Source: Eledone cirrhosa
Lineage: Eukaryota
NCBI GenBank assembly: GCA_964016885.1
Contig: OZ024748.1
Span: 24,552,001-24,616,000, forward strand
Direction of reading: 5' to 3'
DNA: 64,000 bases
In this document: piece after piece, positions 63,401-64,000 of the stretch
Position numbering within the stretch: the stretch's first letter is position 1
Layout: each line of letters opens with the position of its first letter
Made by a program: the position numbers and the translations under genes
The notes under the pieces: model-generated
What the model was told of the DNA's origin: nothing
The model's input: the letters and a program-made list of their open reading frames with translations, nothing else
The model's database searches: none

Positions 63401-63627
63401 GTTCAAAGGGTGTGTAGGGGGTGGGGTGGTGGGGTGGAGAGACATATAGCAAAAAGGGGGTGAGAGGAAACGGTGCAAATGAAATTAAAAGTAAAGGCAT
63501 ATATATATATATATATGTTTATGTTTGTATATGTGTATATTTGTGGATGTGCATGTGTATACATGTATACATATAAACACGTTTGTGTATATACAGTATG
63601 TAATATATGTGTGTGTGTGTGTGTGTG

Positions 63628-63780
63628 ATCATTCACCACCGTTTTACGGCCATTCTTCCACGCTAGCATGGGTTAGACGGGTTGTCCTGTTGTGGGCAAG
63701 GCTAGATCGGGTGACCTTGTGTTGCTCGTATGGGGGGAGACTGACTTTGCTTGATTTCTATAGCTGGATGCCCTTCCTTG
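63628..63780 (-). mobile_element. RTE-related 3' tail fragment (aggaagggcatccagc...gcatgg family)
   Basis: Same motifs as the RTE 3' UTR at 60548-60700; similar tails at ~24640-24760, 34800-34945, 36850-36950 and 57220-57330. Confidence 0.65.
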
Positions 63781-64000
63781 TGTGTGTGTGTGTGTGTAAA
63801 AACTTTTTTTTCCAACTTTCCAACCATCTCTCCAAATTTTACTATTTTCTGAAGGACTTCAGTCCAATACGTTGAAACCCTTATTTACTTCTTCCCAAGT
63901 GTGAATCTAATATGACTAGAGTATTCTTGCATCTCTATGATTGTCTTGTTTATTCTTGAACTGTGTATGTGTATGTGCGTGTGTTTTATATAACCCCCCC

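Overview
Eukaryotic, AT-rich, microsatellite-saturated genomic DNA. The SINE/LINE families and repeat load point to an octopod cephalopod (Octopus-like); this is inference. One host gene is supported: a + strand Ski/Sno (SKI-family) Smad co-repressor. Its first coding exon (16030-17277) carries the R-Smad-binding motif, a long low-complexity insert and the Dachshund-homology domain. Its second coding exon (56302-56595, SAND-like Smad4-binding domain) is missed by the ORF track. They are joined by a phase-0 intron of about 39 kb, and no further exon was recognised in the window. The rest is retroelement debris (a split L1/Tx1, R4/Dong-type and CRE-type RLE fragments, RTE LINEs including a young 1.9 kb copy with a PHD-like insert, tRNA-derived SINEs, Penelope-like fold-back elements with hammerhead-like cores), mariner/Tc1/Tigger MITEs, minisatellites, kb-scale (TA)n arrays and a 200-N gap. 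Most interesting: (1) the exon-2 acceptor has no adjacent pyrimidine tract, abuts (CA)n(AAT)n and follows a 693-nt AG-free zone; (2) three exact GRCGNC-N5-GTCT Smad composite elements plus a GTCTAGAC palindrome in Ski intron 1 suggest a feedback loop; (3) a type I hammerhead fold and several (TA)n-associated hairpin elements; (4) a nested 590-bp palindrome in intron 2. Almost all other ORFs in the track are microsatellite artefacts.
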